The notes under the pieces are model-generated. The model worked only from the letters and a program-made list of their open reading frames with translations, did not search any database and had not been told where the DNA came from. Below, one piece after another: positions 39,550 to 53,057 of a stretch of DNA of 64,000 nt; position 1 is the stretch's first letter, and every line of letters starts with the position of its first letter. The position numbers and the translations under genes were made by a program. The stretch comes from Chrysomallon squamiferum (Eukaryota > Animalia > Mollusca): positions 1,984,001 through 2,048,000 of the forward strand of contig CM022677.1 in NCBI GenBank assembly GCA_012295275.1, written 5' to 3'.

Positions 39550-42314
39550 TATGGTTTTCTTTATAATGTTCACTTTATTGTTTAAATATTAAGACCACTT
39601 ATTAAAATTTTACTTTAAAGTATGTTATAATTATTTTATTTTATTGTTCACTTAGGAAATAATCTTTAATTTTTAAACAGAGTAATTCGACGCTCGATAC
39701 ATGGATCGATAGATCACAACATTACATCATTTCCAGTGCAAATGGGGAAGACCCTGTACAAAAATAACTGTCCAATCAAAATATTAGATTTGATCGGTGA
39801 CATTCGGGCTTTTCAAATACCTATAAATAACATTAACATAATAATATGTTATTCTGCTAACCATCAACGATTTACTAAACCACTAATACTGAAGCGTATT
39901 AATTCAAAACTCTCCTTTTCTTAGCAATCCCACAACTAATAATACTAAATCAAACAGCACCTCTATACATTCTTGCCTGCGTCTATTTTTAGATGACGCT
40001 GCAATCGGTAGCTCCGCCCACTTGGCTGAATTCTTATAACAACTCGCCACTTGTAGACAACATCTGATAGATAAACAGCTCAAGTTTAAATGTTAGTCAC
40101 TGAAGCTTCATAACAGAATAGTTACAAACAAAACATTGTTGTTACAGCAAATGCACAAGTGATTAAAACACGAGAAAACACCGATATGCATTTCCCAAAC
40201 ATGTTGTCTCATTCTTTAGGTGTCACCTGATGTTTTCTTCTAAGAGTCTTGTGTGTAAGAGTTGTCTTCAGTTGGAAAGCTTGAGATGAATGATTTAATT
40301 AGAGCATTTTCTTCATCTGATCAGTTATGTTTTGTTTTAATTTTGAAATATTTTTACATTACAAAATATGTTATCAAAATAAAAACTGAGTGAAGCTGTG
40401 TTCATCATAATTAGTAAGTACTGTATAATAGTTATTACTAAGATATATGATAGATTTATTTTGATAGTGTCTCAGTTTTATTAACATGAATTTCTGTTGT
40501 GGACTCAGTCTTTTAAAGACTGATCATAGGTTCTTTAATGTTTAAGTCATTCTTCTAATTATTGGCTTTTTGATGTTTAAATATTTATTTTTCATTCTTT
40601 CAATATTTTGTTAAAATATTTAAAATCATTTTTGATAATTTAAAATTTAATTTTTTCAATTTCTTGTTGTTCTTATTATTTTAAAAGTTTAACTACACTT
40701 TCTTGTTATTATTTTATTCTTACTTATACTGTAAACAGAAAGTACTACTATTATATCATGATTAATATTAGAATTATGCAAGTGCCTGTTCTCATTATTA
40801 TTATAATTATTATTAGTAGTAGTAGTAATAGTAGTAGTAGCAGTAGTAGTAGTAGTATTAAAATACTAATAATGTAGTATTATTATAATTTGTAAAATCA
40901 CTTTGTGGAAAGACTTTGTAGATGACAGACAAAGTTTGTTTTCACAGCAAGTCACTAAATACATTTTTTATTATTTGTTCAAGTTCTGAAATGCAGATAA
41001 CTGTTGGTTTTCATTAACAAATGTTTGTTTAAAACTTAATATTGACTTAAATTTCTTTTTAAAGTTTTATTCTGGAGCACAAAGAAAAAAGTTTTGAAAT
41101 AAAAATGAATAGTAATCACTAATCACAGATGTTAAAAATTATTAAGCTTTGTATTTCTCATTTGATTTAATTATGAGTCATTTTTTAAAATATTTTCATT
41201 TAAAGTTATTATTAACAGTTCTTGTTATTATTAAAAGTTATTATTAAAAGTCTTGCTTAGCTTTGTTTATTTACAAAAGAGTAAATGTAAGCAGTGTTAT
41301 CAGTAATTTTTTATTAGTTCAGTCTGAAAAATGCCAGGATTTTAAAATCAGTTAAAGTGTATTCACTGAATTTTCTAGAAACAAGAAAGACAAAGTTTAT
41401 TAGTAAATGTGGCTTTGTAACATTAACATAAATACTGTTTTAAATTTAGTGCCACAAAAGGAAGATCAGTTTGATTCACTGTTTACAAATAAAATGTGTT
41501 AAATTACATCAAAGTGTAAGATAACTTGTAACACGAGACATAAACACAGTACTCTCCTACCAAAGCTTTAACAAAAAACTTTCTATTTTTCTCATGTTGT
41601 ATAAAAAAAAACTAAAATCAGATTGCAAATGGATAGTATGTTGTTTGTTTCCTGCTGAAAGCATTGATGCAACCATCAGTTCAGGTTTTGTTAACTTGCT
41701 AGTATTTATTCATTTTCTCTCTGCCAAAATCTTGGTTTTGCACTCTGTCTGGTGATAGTCATTATGTTATAGAATGACAGCTAGTCTCTGTTTTTCTGTA
41801 TTAAATGACTTATCTTTTTGTTTGCACAATGGATCTGATGAAATCTCTTCTATTAATTTCACTTTAAAATGCATTGTCATCTTTTAGATCACTCTGACCA
41901 TTATGACTGCAATAAACAACACAAAATGTGCTCACATGTATTTATGCAGATTCTACTTTTCACATTAAATGTAAATGAGTGAATTTACTTAAGTATCACA
42001 ACACAATGAAAATAGTCTCATTCATCTAGCTGAAGATATTATTACAAGACATGGGATCATTGTTTATTAATCCTTCAAAGAAGTGTGATCATTTCTTCTC
42101 ACACTGTGGTCTAATTACATGCAAATTACTGCCATTGTTTAACAAGTGAAACTACTTCTAAAATTGAGTTCCTGCAGATACATAGCTGATATGTATACGT
42201 TCTTTTGCTGTGGAATTTTCACTCGAAATCAGAAGTAGACAGCACATAGATCAGTAATGTTTTGATATAATAGATTAATGTTAGCAGGTCAGGACTTTCA
42301 AATGACTAGTCAGG

Positions 42315-42349
<35 letters not shown>

Positions 42350-42687
42350 GTAGTATATATATATATATATATGTGTATGTGTGTGTGTGTGTGTGTGTGT
42401 GTCTGTGTGTGTCTGTGTGTGTGTGTGTGTGTCAGAAACTCCGAGTTAATTTTAGCATTACAAGGAGTTGGGTGATAAGTTTTCTGAGGTGCTAACTTAA
42501 AGGACAGAAGGTAGTGCATATGTCATGTGACTAGTCTGAGTGGTATTGGTACCTGAAAGGGCAGCAGACTATAATAGCATCACGTGACAAGGTGTTAATT
42601 ATCTCAGACAGCTTAACTATTACATGACTATTCTGTATCCACAAGAGAACAATAACACAAACACGAATTCAGTATGAAACATTGTTT

Positions 42688-42748
<61 letters not shown>

Positions 42749-42971
42749 CACAAATTAACCCTCAAGGGTAATATATAGTTACATAGTTAAATCGTACGAT
42801 TCGACGATACGTTATCAAAGCTAATAGTTGACAAATAATACAAAACTAATTCAGCCCAGTTGGTTACTTGATCTTTCTAAATAATCTTTTAATTATTAAA
42901 ATACGTTATCTTTGTTTTTATAAATGTAACACAGAATAACACTATGAAAAATTCAACAGTAATAGATTTAG

Positions 42972-44850
42972 GCTCTGCTATTTAGTTTTTGTGTATTTAA
43001 CCCTATTTTCTGTCATTAATTACGTAAAGAGTTAAGGACTGTAAAATATAAATTATAAACATAGTTATACAAGATAACTAAATCAATATTATCGTAATAT
43101 AATAAGATATTTAAGATAAAATGTAGCAGAAATTCTGCTTTAATGGGCATATAAAATAAAGATTTAGTGAAAATTCTATAATTCACTTCAAAGAAAACAC
43201 AATTACAATTAAAAACAAGTCTGGCAAAGAGGCACTAATCAGGTTGTCACACCGTACCAAGCTGAATAGCAGTGAAAGTTTTTTTATTTTAGTTTTTTTA
43301 AAATATAGCTACATAGAAAATACAATCTTTACTGATCAAACACGACTCAAAATGAAAACTGGTTTGCTTTATAACTACAGATGAATGAAACTGGCTGATG
43401 GTATAAATCGGGTAATTTTACAATGCGTATTAATTAGAGTATGTTTAAATACTGCTGTTCAGAAATGTGTTATGATGGTTCACTGTGGTGTGTCATAAAG
43501 AGACGACTGTCACGTGATCACACCTTTAAACACCTTGGATGTTTTATTAAGGCTCAGTGTACGGTAACAAGGTGCTTTAATGGCCACCTAACAAGGAATA
43601 TAAACGCTAAAATGACAGCAAACTATATAAATCAATAAGTCTGCCTATCCACTATAAAGTTAAGGTTTACATTAATTATTTAATTATGATATACAGGTGT
43701 CTTGATAACAATACATTATAAAACATACGTTTAAATCATTTTGATTAATGATACGAGTACGGTTATAAAGGGAACCAAGACAAAATAAGAATCTGCACGG
43801 AGGACAGAATAAAACCTTAAATTTTATTGATAAATGTTATTGACACAGGTTAATTGCACATTACACCCTATCAAAATAAGAATAGACAATTGCTTACCAT
43901 ACTCGTCCGTAAAGAAAATGTCATTCGAAAACATTTGGTTTCCCCGCCTGACTGAATTCTCGTCTTCACCGTTTCCTTCGCTTACTTCTCTCCTTAATTA
44001 CTAAAAGCCAGCCTTTTTTAATAACAACGCCATGGAGTTGAAAAATTTGCGATAACAATAAAAAGAGCGATGTGATTATAGTAATAATTAAAGTTAAGCA
44101 ATTTCAATTCCATAGCTTAAAATAAAAGAGCGGATGTGATTTGAAGTAACAATTAAAGTTAAGCAATCTGAATTCTGTGACACTATATCAACATTATGAC
44201 AGATATTTGGTAGTAAATAACTAACTGTTAGTATATACAGTTACTAATAAGACTGCAAACAGAGTGGGAAAAAACACCCAGATACTGTTTCGTTTAATTT
44301 TGACAATTGTTTTCTTTCTTTTTTTAAACTACGCAGGATTTGATGACATTCTACACAGACATGCCAGCACATAAATAATTTTTATTATTAATAACCATCT
44401 ACTTTCTCTCTTCAAGGAAATGAATTTTAATAATATCTTCCTGTAAAATGATGTCATTCCAGATTTGTATTATTATTATTATTTTTTTTTTTAATTTGTT
44501 CCTTATTATTATGTATTATCTTTGTTGTTGTTTGTTTGTTCGATTTAACTCGTTTCGATAATCCATTCGGTGTCCAAAAGTTGTTACAAAATATTGATAA
44601 CGTCACAAAAAAAAAATAAAAAAAAATAGGAAGCTCAAATCTGCGACGAGGGCTGTTTACGTAACCAATAAACTAATGTTTACAAATCGTATGTAATTTT
44701 TACACACATACAGACAGTCAGTGAAATACCTAAATGGAGAAGTTCTTATATCATGGCAACATCATGTGTATATCGTCTGCTGGGCTGCGAGAGAATTACA
44801 ACTTTTGTGTTTTCCAGATCTGGTATCTCTCCATCTTAATATGTGCCAAA

Positions 44851-44881
<31 letters not shown>

Positions 44882-45205
44882 ATATGTAACAAAATGAATA
44901 CAAGAAAATGAAATTAAAAAGAAAAAATTGTATGACTCTACTTTACAAGAGTATTTATAAATAATGTCAGTTTTGGTATAAAATATATAGAAACATTTCT
45001 ATATAATATATTATCAATAGGATTGCAAATAAATATATCATTATTATGTGCTGTACGGTTCGAAAACGGCATAATGTGGGTCCTCAGTCTTTTGTGAGAC
45101 TTTGCATTGAGCGAAAACAGAAATTGGTGTATCAATAACTATATTTTTATAGGATAATGTTTTCTTGCTGTCAGTATTATTAGTCTATGCTAATTTAAAA
45201 AAGAA
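42972..45205 (+). repeat. Local duplication copy 1 (~2.2 kb), direct repeat of 53253-55471; contains a damaged copy of exon 2 of the LigB-like gene
   Basis: Colinear high similarity from GCTCTGCTATTTAG to AGTCTATGCTAATTTAAAAAAGAA. The twin ORFs at 43441 and 53727 are near-identical. Confidence 0.96.
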
Positions 45206-45799
45206 TAACACTATGAAAAATTCAACAGTATTAGATTTACCTATCTTCAATCATTCAAGATGTATGTTACATATACAAAACATTAAACCATAATTACCAT
45301 TTTCTGCGTTTTCCTTTGTCTTGTGCAGACAAAGACTCTCAAGAAGGGCACTGATCAAAGATGGAATGGATGGAAAACTCTTTTTACGTGCCCACGTCCA
45401 AATCAAGGTTCAGGCACGCCTATCATGGATCCGATCTCTGGGATCGCCAGGGATGGGTTCCGGGACAGAAGAGGGGAAGGGGAAGGGAAAGTGGAAGGGA
45501 AAGGTGCATTTGAAGTGGGCAATTTGGAATAAACCTTTGAGTGGTTTTTAGTTAATAAGATCCAAAAGGGTGCAGTAGATATACATATATACACACCCAC
45601 ACACATACATACATATACACATATATAGATATATATACCTATATACATACATACACATACACATACACATATATACATATATATATATATGCATTGGGCA
45701 TTGTTTGAGGGGTTTTATTTATTTATATTTTTTATTTATTTATTTATTTATTTATTTAGTTTTACTATTATATAACGAGAAAAAACGTCGTAGAAGTCG

Positions 45800-46230
45800 T
45801 GCACGTTTTGTTGTTGTTAAACAAACTCATTGTTAGCGTCGCGTTGTTGTATGTTTTTGTTGCACGTCGCGTTTTGTTGTTGTTAGCGTCGCGTTGTTGT
45901 TGTTTTTTTTGTTGTTGTTAGCGTCGCGTTGTTGTATGTTTTTGTTGTTGTTAGCGTCGCGCGTCGTTGTATGTTTTTGTTGTTGTTAGTTTGTTGTATG
46001 TTTTCGCGTTGTTGTATGTTTTTTGTTGTTGTTAGCGTCGCGTTGTTGTATGTTTTTGTTGTTGTTAGCGTTTGTTGTTAGCGTCGCGTTGTTGTATGTT
46101 TTGTTGTTGTTTGCGTCGCGTTGTTGTTTGTTTTGTTGTTGTTAGCGCGTTGTGTATGTTTCTGTTGTTGTTAGCGTCGCGTTGTTGTATGTTTTTGTTG
46201 TTGTTAGCGTCGCGTTGTTGTATGTTTTTG
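45800..46230. repeat. ~33-bp minisatellite (GTTGTTGTTAGCGTCGCGTTGTTGTATGTTTTT) in the LINE 3'UTR
   Basis: The TTAGCGTCGCG core is repeated about ten times. Confidence 0.9.
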
Positions 46231-46383
46231 GAGTTGTTTGGCCGCAAATCTGTCGAAAGGGAGGTTACCAGTTGGTTCTGGGGTTAGATAGGGATATGTT
46301 TATTTTATGTAGTATTTTATGAAATTGTCTCTGTGTTTATATTTTGATTTTTGTTGCTTCCACGTATCGCATTATGAGGTTGT

Positions 46384-49300
46384 CTACTTGTTTTTTAAGT
46401 GTTTGGGAGAGTTGAAAATGTCAACTGGAGTAAATCTGACTTTGATGTTTGTTAAAGCTGTGTTTAGTTTGCGTCTGTCCTTGTCGTACTTCGTGCAATA
46501 GAACAGATAGTGTCTGACATTGTCCAGTTTATGGCATGTGCCGCACTTGTTACTCACAGTGTTGTCGAGTCTGTGTCTGCTGTCGTTTAGTCCGAAGGTC
46601 ACTCCCACTCTGAGACGGGTTAAAGTTTGAGTTGTTTTGTTGTTGTCTGTCTGAGGTGTGGGCTGGGCGAGTTTACTTTCGGTTTAATTATGTAATGCCA
46701 TAGTCTAGTTTTGTTGTCCCAGTCTTGTTGCCACGATTCTATTAGCTTATTGTGCGCTATGGTCATGATTTCGTTAACGTTGTATTTAGAGTCAAAGTCG
46801 ATCGTGTCGTCTTCTAGCGAGTGTTTTGCGTTTTTGTCTGCCAGCTCGTTTCCAGTAACACCCACGTGAGCGGGTACCCACTCGAAGGTGACCTTGTGTC
46901 CTCTGTAGTTGATACAGTTTGTGAGTTCGATAATCTCTCTAATGTACTGGGAGCTGCTGAATTTGAGTTTGTGCAGAGCTTGCAATGAGCTGAGGGAGTC
47001 AGTCAGTATGAGGTATTTCTTTTTCGTGTTTGTGACATAAGTTTGAGTTAGGACCCATTTAAGTGCTGAGAGAATAGCTATTAGTTCCGTAGTAAAGACG
47101 GATAGGTTGTTGGTCAGTCTACCTCTGTAGTTGAAGGGTGGGTCGGGTAGTTCCGGCCTGACATGAAAGGCCATGCCTGTTCTTCCCGTGAGAGGGTCTT
47201 TGGAGCCGTCTGTATAGACCTGTATGAAGTCCGAGTAGTGGTCGCTTAATGCTGCTCTAAAAATTACGTTTTTAAATGGGTCGTGTTCCGTCTTCGATAC
47301 TTCCTGTCTAAGCGTTAGAGGTATGTCTAGTTGTTTTATTGTCCATGGGGGTTCTAAGGGTGGAGGGTTGTTTTCGAGTTCTAGGTCCAGTAGGTTTAGT
47401 CTGTTTGCTGTCCTGTGTGTGATGTTAAGTGATGCTTCTCTGTCGTTGATGTAGGGTAGGTTGTTTGGGATTATTGTGTTTATAGGATGGGTGGGGATTA
47501 GATTTTTGATTTTGAACCAGTGTTTGAGACACTGTGTGCTGCGTCGGATTCGCAGCGGTAGCATGTTCAGTTCCACAAACAGACTGTCCGTCGGTGTGCC
47601 TGGGAAGACCCTGGCAACAATTCTTAGTGCCTTGTTGTATACCGTGTCTAGTCGGTTTTAGTTGGTATTCAGACACACGCTGAACGCCTGGGACCCATAC
47701 TGGAGTCTTGATTACTACTAGTGCTTCGAACACCATCAAGAGAGATTTTCTGTCAGCTCCCCATTTGGCGTTCGAAAGCACTTTCAGTAAATTCATGTAT
47801 TTTGTGCATGTGTTGAGTGTGTTGGTGATGTTTTGTTTGAAGGTAAGGCACCTGTCGAAGGTGACTCCCAGGAATTTGACTGCGTTTACTTGTGGGATTT
47901 TTGTGTTGTTGTAATGTCTATTTATTGGTTTATTGTTAGCTATTGACAGTCTTGGATTGTGTTTATTTTGTCAGTTTTAAGTCTTTTGCGTTTTGATTTG
48001 TTTAAGACAGTTTCCAGCACGCCAAAGGTTCTGTATCATCCGAGTTATACTAAGCTGGCTGCAGTTTTCGAGTTATGTGCTAGGTCATTAATAAAAAAAT
48101 GCTAAAAGAGTAGGGGCGATAACTGAACCCTGCGGGATCCCATTCTCCAAATCCAAGCTGTCTGAGAAGTTTTCGTCTACATTGACCGTAAAGGATCTGG
48201 TTTTCAAGAATGCTTCTATAAAGCCGAATATAGGGCCTCTTATGCCCATGTTGTAGACTTTGATTAGAAGACCATGTCTCCAGACCATATCATTTGCTTT
48301 TTCTATGTCAACAAACACTCCTACCACTTTTTGTCCAGTAAACAAAGATTCGGAAATTTCAGACTGTAATCTGGTTATGTGGTCGATTGTGGAGTGCTTC
48401 TTTCTGAAGCCACTTTGAAAGGTCGAAATTAGTTAGTTTTTTTTTTTTTTCCAGAAGGTGTGTTAATCGTGTGTTGACCATAGCCTCCATGGTTTTGCAG
48501 ACACAGGACGTTAGTGAGATAGGACGATAGTTGGAGGGGTTGGAAAGGTCCGTACCCTGTTTTGGAAGGCTGAAGACTTCAGCTTGCTTCCATTTGAGGG
48601 GAAGGTATCCTTCCTTCCAGATAGTGTTATAGAGTTCCAGAAATAGATTTAGCATGTCTGTGGGCATGTTTTGAAAGAAAAGGTAGGAGAATTTGTCTGG
48701 CCCGGGGGTTGTTCCTTTACGGTCGGAGAAAGCCGCTGTCATTTCTTGGCGTGTGAAGGGAATATTGTATTTCGTTTCTGAGGTTTTTGAGTCAGGTGGG
48801 ATTTTGTTGACTGTTTCAGATTTATTTTTAATTTTTCGAAATTTGGGGGGAAAGTTGTTTGTACTCGAGTTGTGTTTAAAGACATCTCCCAGAGCAGCGG
48901 CCTTCTCTTTGTTTGTATGGAAGTTTTTGTTACGGACTAGTAGTGTGTTCTTGCTAATTGGTTTCCCTTGTATGCGTTTAATTTTGGCCCAAATTTCCTT
49001 ACTAGACGTGTTTTTGTTGATAGAGGTGCAGAAGGTTTTCCACGATTTTTTTTTTGCATTTAGCACGGCTTGTGAGACTTTGTTTTTACTGATTTTGATG
49101 TTTGCGAGGTTGGTTGCTGAGTTATTTTTTTGGTATGTTTTGCGATGTTTGTTGCGTGCCTTTGTAAGGAGTTTTAGTTCTTCACTCCACCAAGGGACTG
49201 AATTATTTTTGTATTTACAATGAAAATTTGGAATAGTTTTATTGGCAATGCTAATTATTCTGTCAGTTAAATTTTGGTTAAAAGTGTCAATATGATTGCT

Positions 49301-50144
49301 TCGAATGAGTTTGGGATCTGTTTCCAGACACTGCTTTCTAAATTCAGTCCAGCTGGCTTTCGTGAAGTTCCATTTGTGTTTGTTTATTGGTAACTCTTTC
49401 CAGTTATTTTCAGTGTTGTATGAGATTAGTATTGGTAGGTGATCGCTACTGAGATTGTTAAGGACTGTCCATTCACATTTAGAGGCTATTTTTTCAGACA
49501 CTGTTGAGATATCAAGACATGACCAGGTGTTGTATATGTCTGATAGGAAGGTTGGCGTGCCATCGTTCAGACATATGTGTTTGTTAAGATCCGTAAATTT
49601 TTCGAGGATGGTTCCCTGTTTGCATGTACTAGAGGATCCCCATAGGTGGTTTCTGCTGTTGAAGTCCCCTAGTATGATGGAGTTGTCGATATATTTAGAG
49701 GGAATGTTTTTAGTGTAGTGTTCTAGTGTTATGTGGTAGTGATTTTTGCCTGGGTGAGTGTAGTAGTTGAAAACGTTAATGTCTTCAGCCTGGCCATGGA
49801 TTGTTATCCCAAGTGTCTCTATGCTGAGTGGTGATTGGTTAGTGGGATACGTGAGTAGGAAAGTTCATTTCTCACATAAGTTGCTACTCCTCCTCTCGTG
49901 GTGCAGTTAGTGTTGTGAAAGAAGCCAAAGAATCCTGGAATGTTAAAGTTTTGGAAGAGTTGGTTCTTCCGTGTTTGTGTGTTGGTGATCCAGATTTCTT
50001 GTATGCATATTTGTGAGGATTCGCATTGATTATGTATTGTTTGAGTTCGTCGCCATGACCTCTTGATTTGAGGCCTTTGGCATTCCACTGTAGGATGTTT
50101 AGGCCTTTAGCTTCTTTGTGTTTAATGTTTTGTTTGTCTCCCAT
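46384..50144 (-). pseudogene. LINE ORF2: APE endonuclease - reverse transcriptase - RNase H - CCHC finger, multiply frameshifted
   Basis: APE: LNILQWNAKGL, ICIQEIW, GGVATYV, SDHLPI. RT: PGPDK, NYRPISLTSCVCKTME, VFVDIEKA, GIPQGSVIAP, with a degenerate SDD near 48040. RNase H: VYTDGSK, SVFTTEL, LTDSLS, WVPAHVGVTGNELADKNAK. Finger: CGTC...HYLFYC. Confidence 0.95.
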
Positions 50145-50240
50145 GTGTGATGTGTAGGAGTTTGGTAGCCTTGGAGATTGCGTGTATTTTGGATGTGTTT
50201 ATTTCACTTGTTTAGTGTTGTCGGTGTTGATGTTGTTTTG

Positions 50241-51227
50241 TTAGTAGTGCATTGATTGTTTGAGCAAAGTGTCAAGCTCCAGTGGAAGTCTGAGGTGTTT
50301 CTGGAGGCTCTGACATGCTGACACAATGGCTTTCTCTATGTCTACTTCCGATCTATTATTGGAGTTGGGGTTGGGGGACCGTAGAGATTCGTCTAGGAAT
50401 AGGCCAGTGATAACCCTAAGTAGTTGGAGGGCTGTCACTGGGCTGTCTTTCTTAATTATTCCGTCAATTTCTGTTTGTTTCTTGTTTGTCCTGGGGGCTG
50501 GTATGTGCGAGTGGGTGGTTGACGAGTGAGGGTTTCTAGTGGTGTGTGTGTTTGGCCTCCAGGTGTTTGAGTGCATTTCTGAATGCCGCACATAGGTGGC
50601 TGTGTGTGTGGTGTCGGCCGTTGCAGTTTCCGCACTGGATGGGTTCACGACACAGATTGTCTGGCGTTTTCTTGGGGTGTCTGCCCCCACACCTGAAACA
50701 AGTTGGGTGACCCTCAACGACCTGCATTTTTTTATATTATGTCCCCATCTCTGGCACTGGGCGCATTTTATGGGGTGTGCCTCAAAGGCCAGCAGTTTGA
50801 ATTGCTTCTGGTGGAATAGGATGTGCTCTGCTTTTGTTGTGGCAGACAGAAGCTCATCCAAGTAGCCGTTGTTCCAGATCGTGATGTTCTGAATCATCAC
50901 GTCTGGCTTTTCTTTCTTTAGCGTTTCTAGTATTTGTTTTGTCGTTTCTTTGCCCGATTTTATTTTTATCAGTTTTCTTAAGGAGTGATCTGTTGTTGTG
51001 GTGGTTGTTGTTGCTATTGCGTGTATAACCTTTGTGTTGTGTAGTGGGTGTTTTTTTGTGGGGTGTTGTTTTGTTGTTGAGGTGTGGAGTTTGGGGGAGC
51101 GTTGGGGAGTTTGTTTCGTGGGGTTGTCATGTCGGTGCTTGTATTTTTGTCTCTGTGTGGTCGGATTTGTTTTGGTTGGTGTTGCTAAGAAATCGTTTCT
51201 GTTTGGTGTCTGTTTTGTTGTTTCCAT
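50241..51227 (-). pseudogene. LINE ORF1 (Gag-like nucleic-acid chaperone) with three zinc knuckles, frameshifted
   Basis: CAQCQRWGHNIKKC (CX2CX4HX4C), then in the shifted frame (ORF 50536-50727) CFRCGGRH...C and CGNCNGRHHTHSHLC. Confidence 0.88.
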
Positions 51228-52187
51228 GACTAGTTTCTGTTTCTTTTTGTTTTCTTTTTTTTATGTTTGTCTGTTTTAAGGGTATTGCAGTGTAAGTGCA
51301 TTCCCCCCAGGTGCCGTAAGCCACCGTCTTGTACATCTGTCTGTGGATGACTTGGCTGCTTGTTTTGTCCTGCGAGTAAGCCTGTCCGATGGGGGTATCG
51401 GGATTTGTGGGTTTTGCGGGTGTGGGTCCTCTCCTTTCATGAGGTTCCTTTGTACACCTCTCTAGTGTGACACACACCTTTTGACACTCCATGGGGTTGG
51501 GCATCAGTTCCATGCTCGTACCCAGTTTGATGAGTGAGCTGTCCGACTCGGCCCTGATGAAGGTGATCTCATCAGACAGCCGGGTGTGGAATAATGTGTC
51601 GTCCAACAGTCGCGAGACGGACTGCTGGAAGAAGATGGCTTCGTACAGAGTCGAGTTTTTTTTGTTAAACAATACCCGCCTCAGCCCGGGGATTGGTGAC
51701 TTAGCGGGTCTAGGGGGACTGGCGGACAGTTTGAGGGATTTGTGGGAGCCCTGTTCGGGAACAGAAATGCTCAGCATGTCCAGGGCTGAAAATCTGTTTG
51801 ATGTCCTGACTGGAACCTGTTCTGGGGGGCATTGGACAGTTGGGTGGGTTTTCCTTTTTTTATTTTTGTTTTTTTGTTATGGGGACTCCGGAATGGTGGT
51901 CAGACCGGTTGGGACATTTGTGGGCCTGTTGAAGATTTGGTTACAGTCTGGGGGATTGGACAGTTCGGAGCGGGGGGAGCGGTCAGGTGTCGTCTCTACC
52001 AGTCCCACGTGCATGGTGTCCCCCGCAGAGTTGTCAGATACATTTCCGTTGTCACTGTCGTCCGGGGAGCCAAGAGATTCCACGTGTGGTAGTTCCCCCT
52101 CCGGTCCGCAGAGTTATTTGGGGAAACCTCGTTCTGGTTGTCATTTTCGGTGATATCTTAGCCGACGGATTTGTTTGTATCGGCCAT
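51127..52187 (-). pseudogene. Additional LINE-internal coding region upstream of ORF1 (ORF0 or long ORF1 N-terminus), fragmented
   Basis: AAAATGGCC start at 52187. ORF pieces 51877-52083 and 51127-51777 are GC-rich. They contain VRTSNRFSAL, an SNRFxxL motif common in LINE ORF1 proteins. Confidence 0.55.
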
Positions 52188-52699
52188 TTTTATTTAGTAT
52201 ACAATTGGTTAATTATTATTATTTTTATTTTTTATTTTTTTTTAAATAAATTAATTATTCAATATAATTAAAATTTCAACAGTAATGACACTACAGAAAA
52301 AGAGCAATAAACAAAGTTAGCTATTTAAATTTAATTTTGATAATAATAATCCGAAAAATTTAACATTTAAATAATAATTATATATTTATATTTATATATA
52401 TGAAATTAATACAGTTAGAATACACAAATTTAAAATATTTGACAAAATTAGCACTGGGGGAGAGGGTTTCAGGTTGATAAATGGAGAGATAAGAGGGAGT
52501 TTTAAAGTTTCGTGCTAGGAAAGTGATTATGACGTGCTGGGAGGATAGGATTCCTTTTCTTACCAAATTTGATGTCGAATGTTCTAAGTTCGAAATTGAA
52601 GTGGAATCCTAATTTGGGAAATTTAACAGATAAACAAATAATCCCCGATTCCTTGCAGTAACGCTTGTTCCTTCCGTCGTCGGCTTGCTGTTGGGACTG

Positions 52700-53045
52700 T
52701 GGATTCTGATTGGTTGGAGATATCTCGAATTTGATTGGTCGACCGGTTGTTGTTTGAGACTGGATTTCTATTGGCTGACGCTAGCTCGTCGTTGATTGGT
52801 CAGATCTCAATTACTTTTGCTGTTTGGCGATCGTGTATAACGTAATCCTAAAAGCGCTTTTCCCACGTATTCGTATCAAGTGCACACAAATGTAACGAAT
52901 TTGCAAGAATAAATGAAAGACAATCCCAAGTGAGAAAATTGAACAATTATTTTATGTGTACTAAAACTGAAACTTTGGACCGAATCTGGAGCGAATCTCA
53001 ACGAATCTGACCGAGCGAATCTGACGAAAAAAAGCAGCGAATCTG
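52700..53045 (-). promoter_or_regulatory. LINE 5'UTR internal promoter-like region: five (C/G)AGATTCG repeats at the 5' end and four CCAAT boxes
   Basis: CGAATCT(G/C) at 52981, 52992, 53002, 53016 and 53038. ATTGG at ~52709, 52734, 52770 and 52795. The 5' junction reads TCAGT, an Inr-like motif as in I-factor elements. Confidence 0.55.
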
Positions 53046-53057
53046 ACTGATCAAAGA

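Larger units (their letters stand above)
45362..53045 (-). mobile_element. Full-length, decayed I-group (I/Nimb-like) non-LTR retrotransposon with RNase H, 7.68 kb, 12-bp TSD ACTGATCAAAGA
   Basis: TSD at 45350-45361 and 53046-53057. The 3' end has a CGTGCC...GGCACG stem-loop and a CCATC/CCATT tail. ORF1 carries zinc knuckles; ORF2 carries APE, RT, RNase H and CCHC in order. Confidence 0.95.

Noticed and set aside
43441-43638. Twin 65-aa ORFs (also 53727-53924)
   Set aside because: Their similarity simply reflects the DNA duplication; no domain or splice support.
48693-49223. 176-aa plus-strand ORF and other plus-strand ORFs inside the LINE
   Set aside because: Antisense shadows of ORF1/ORF2.
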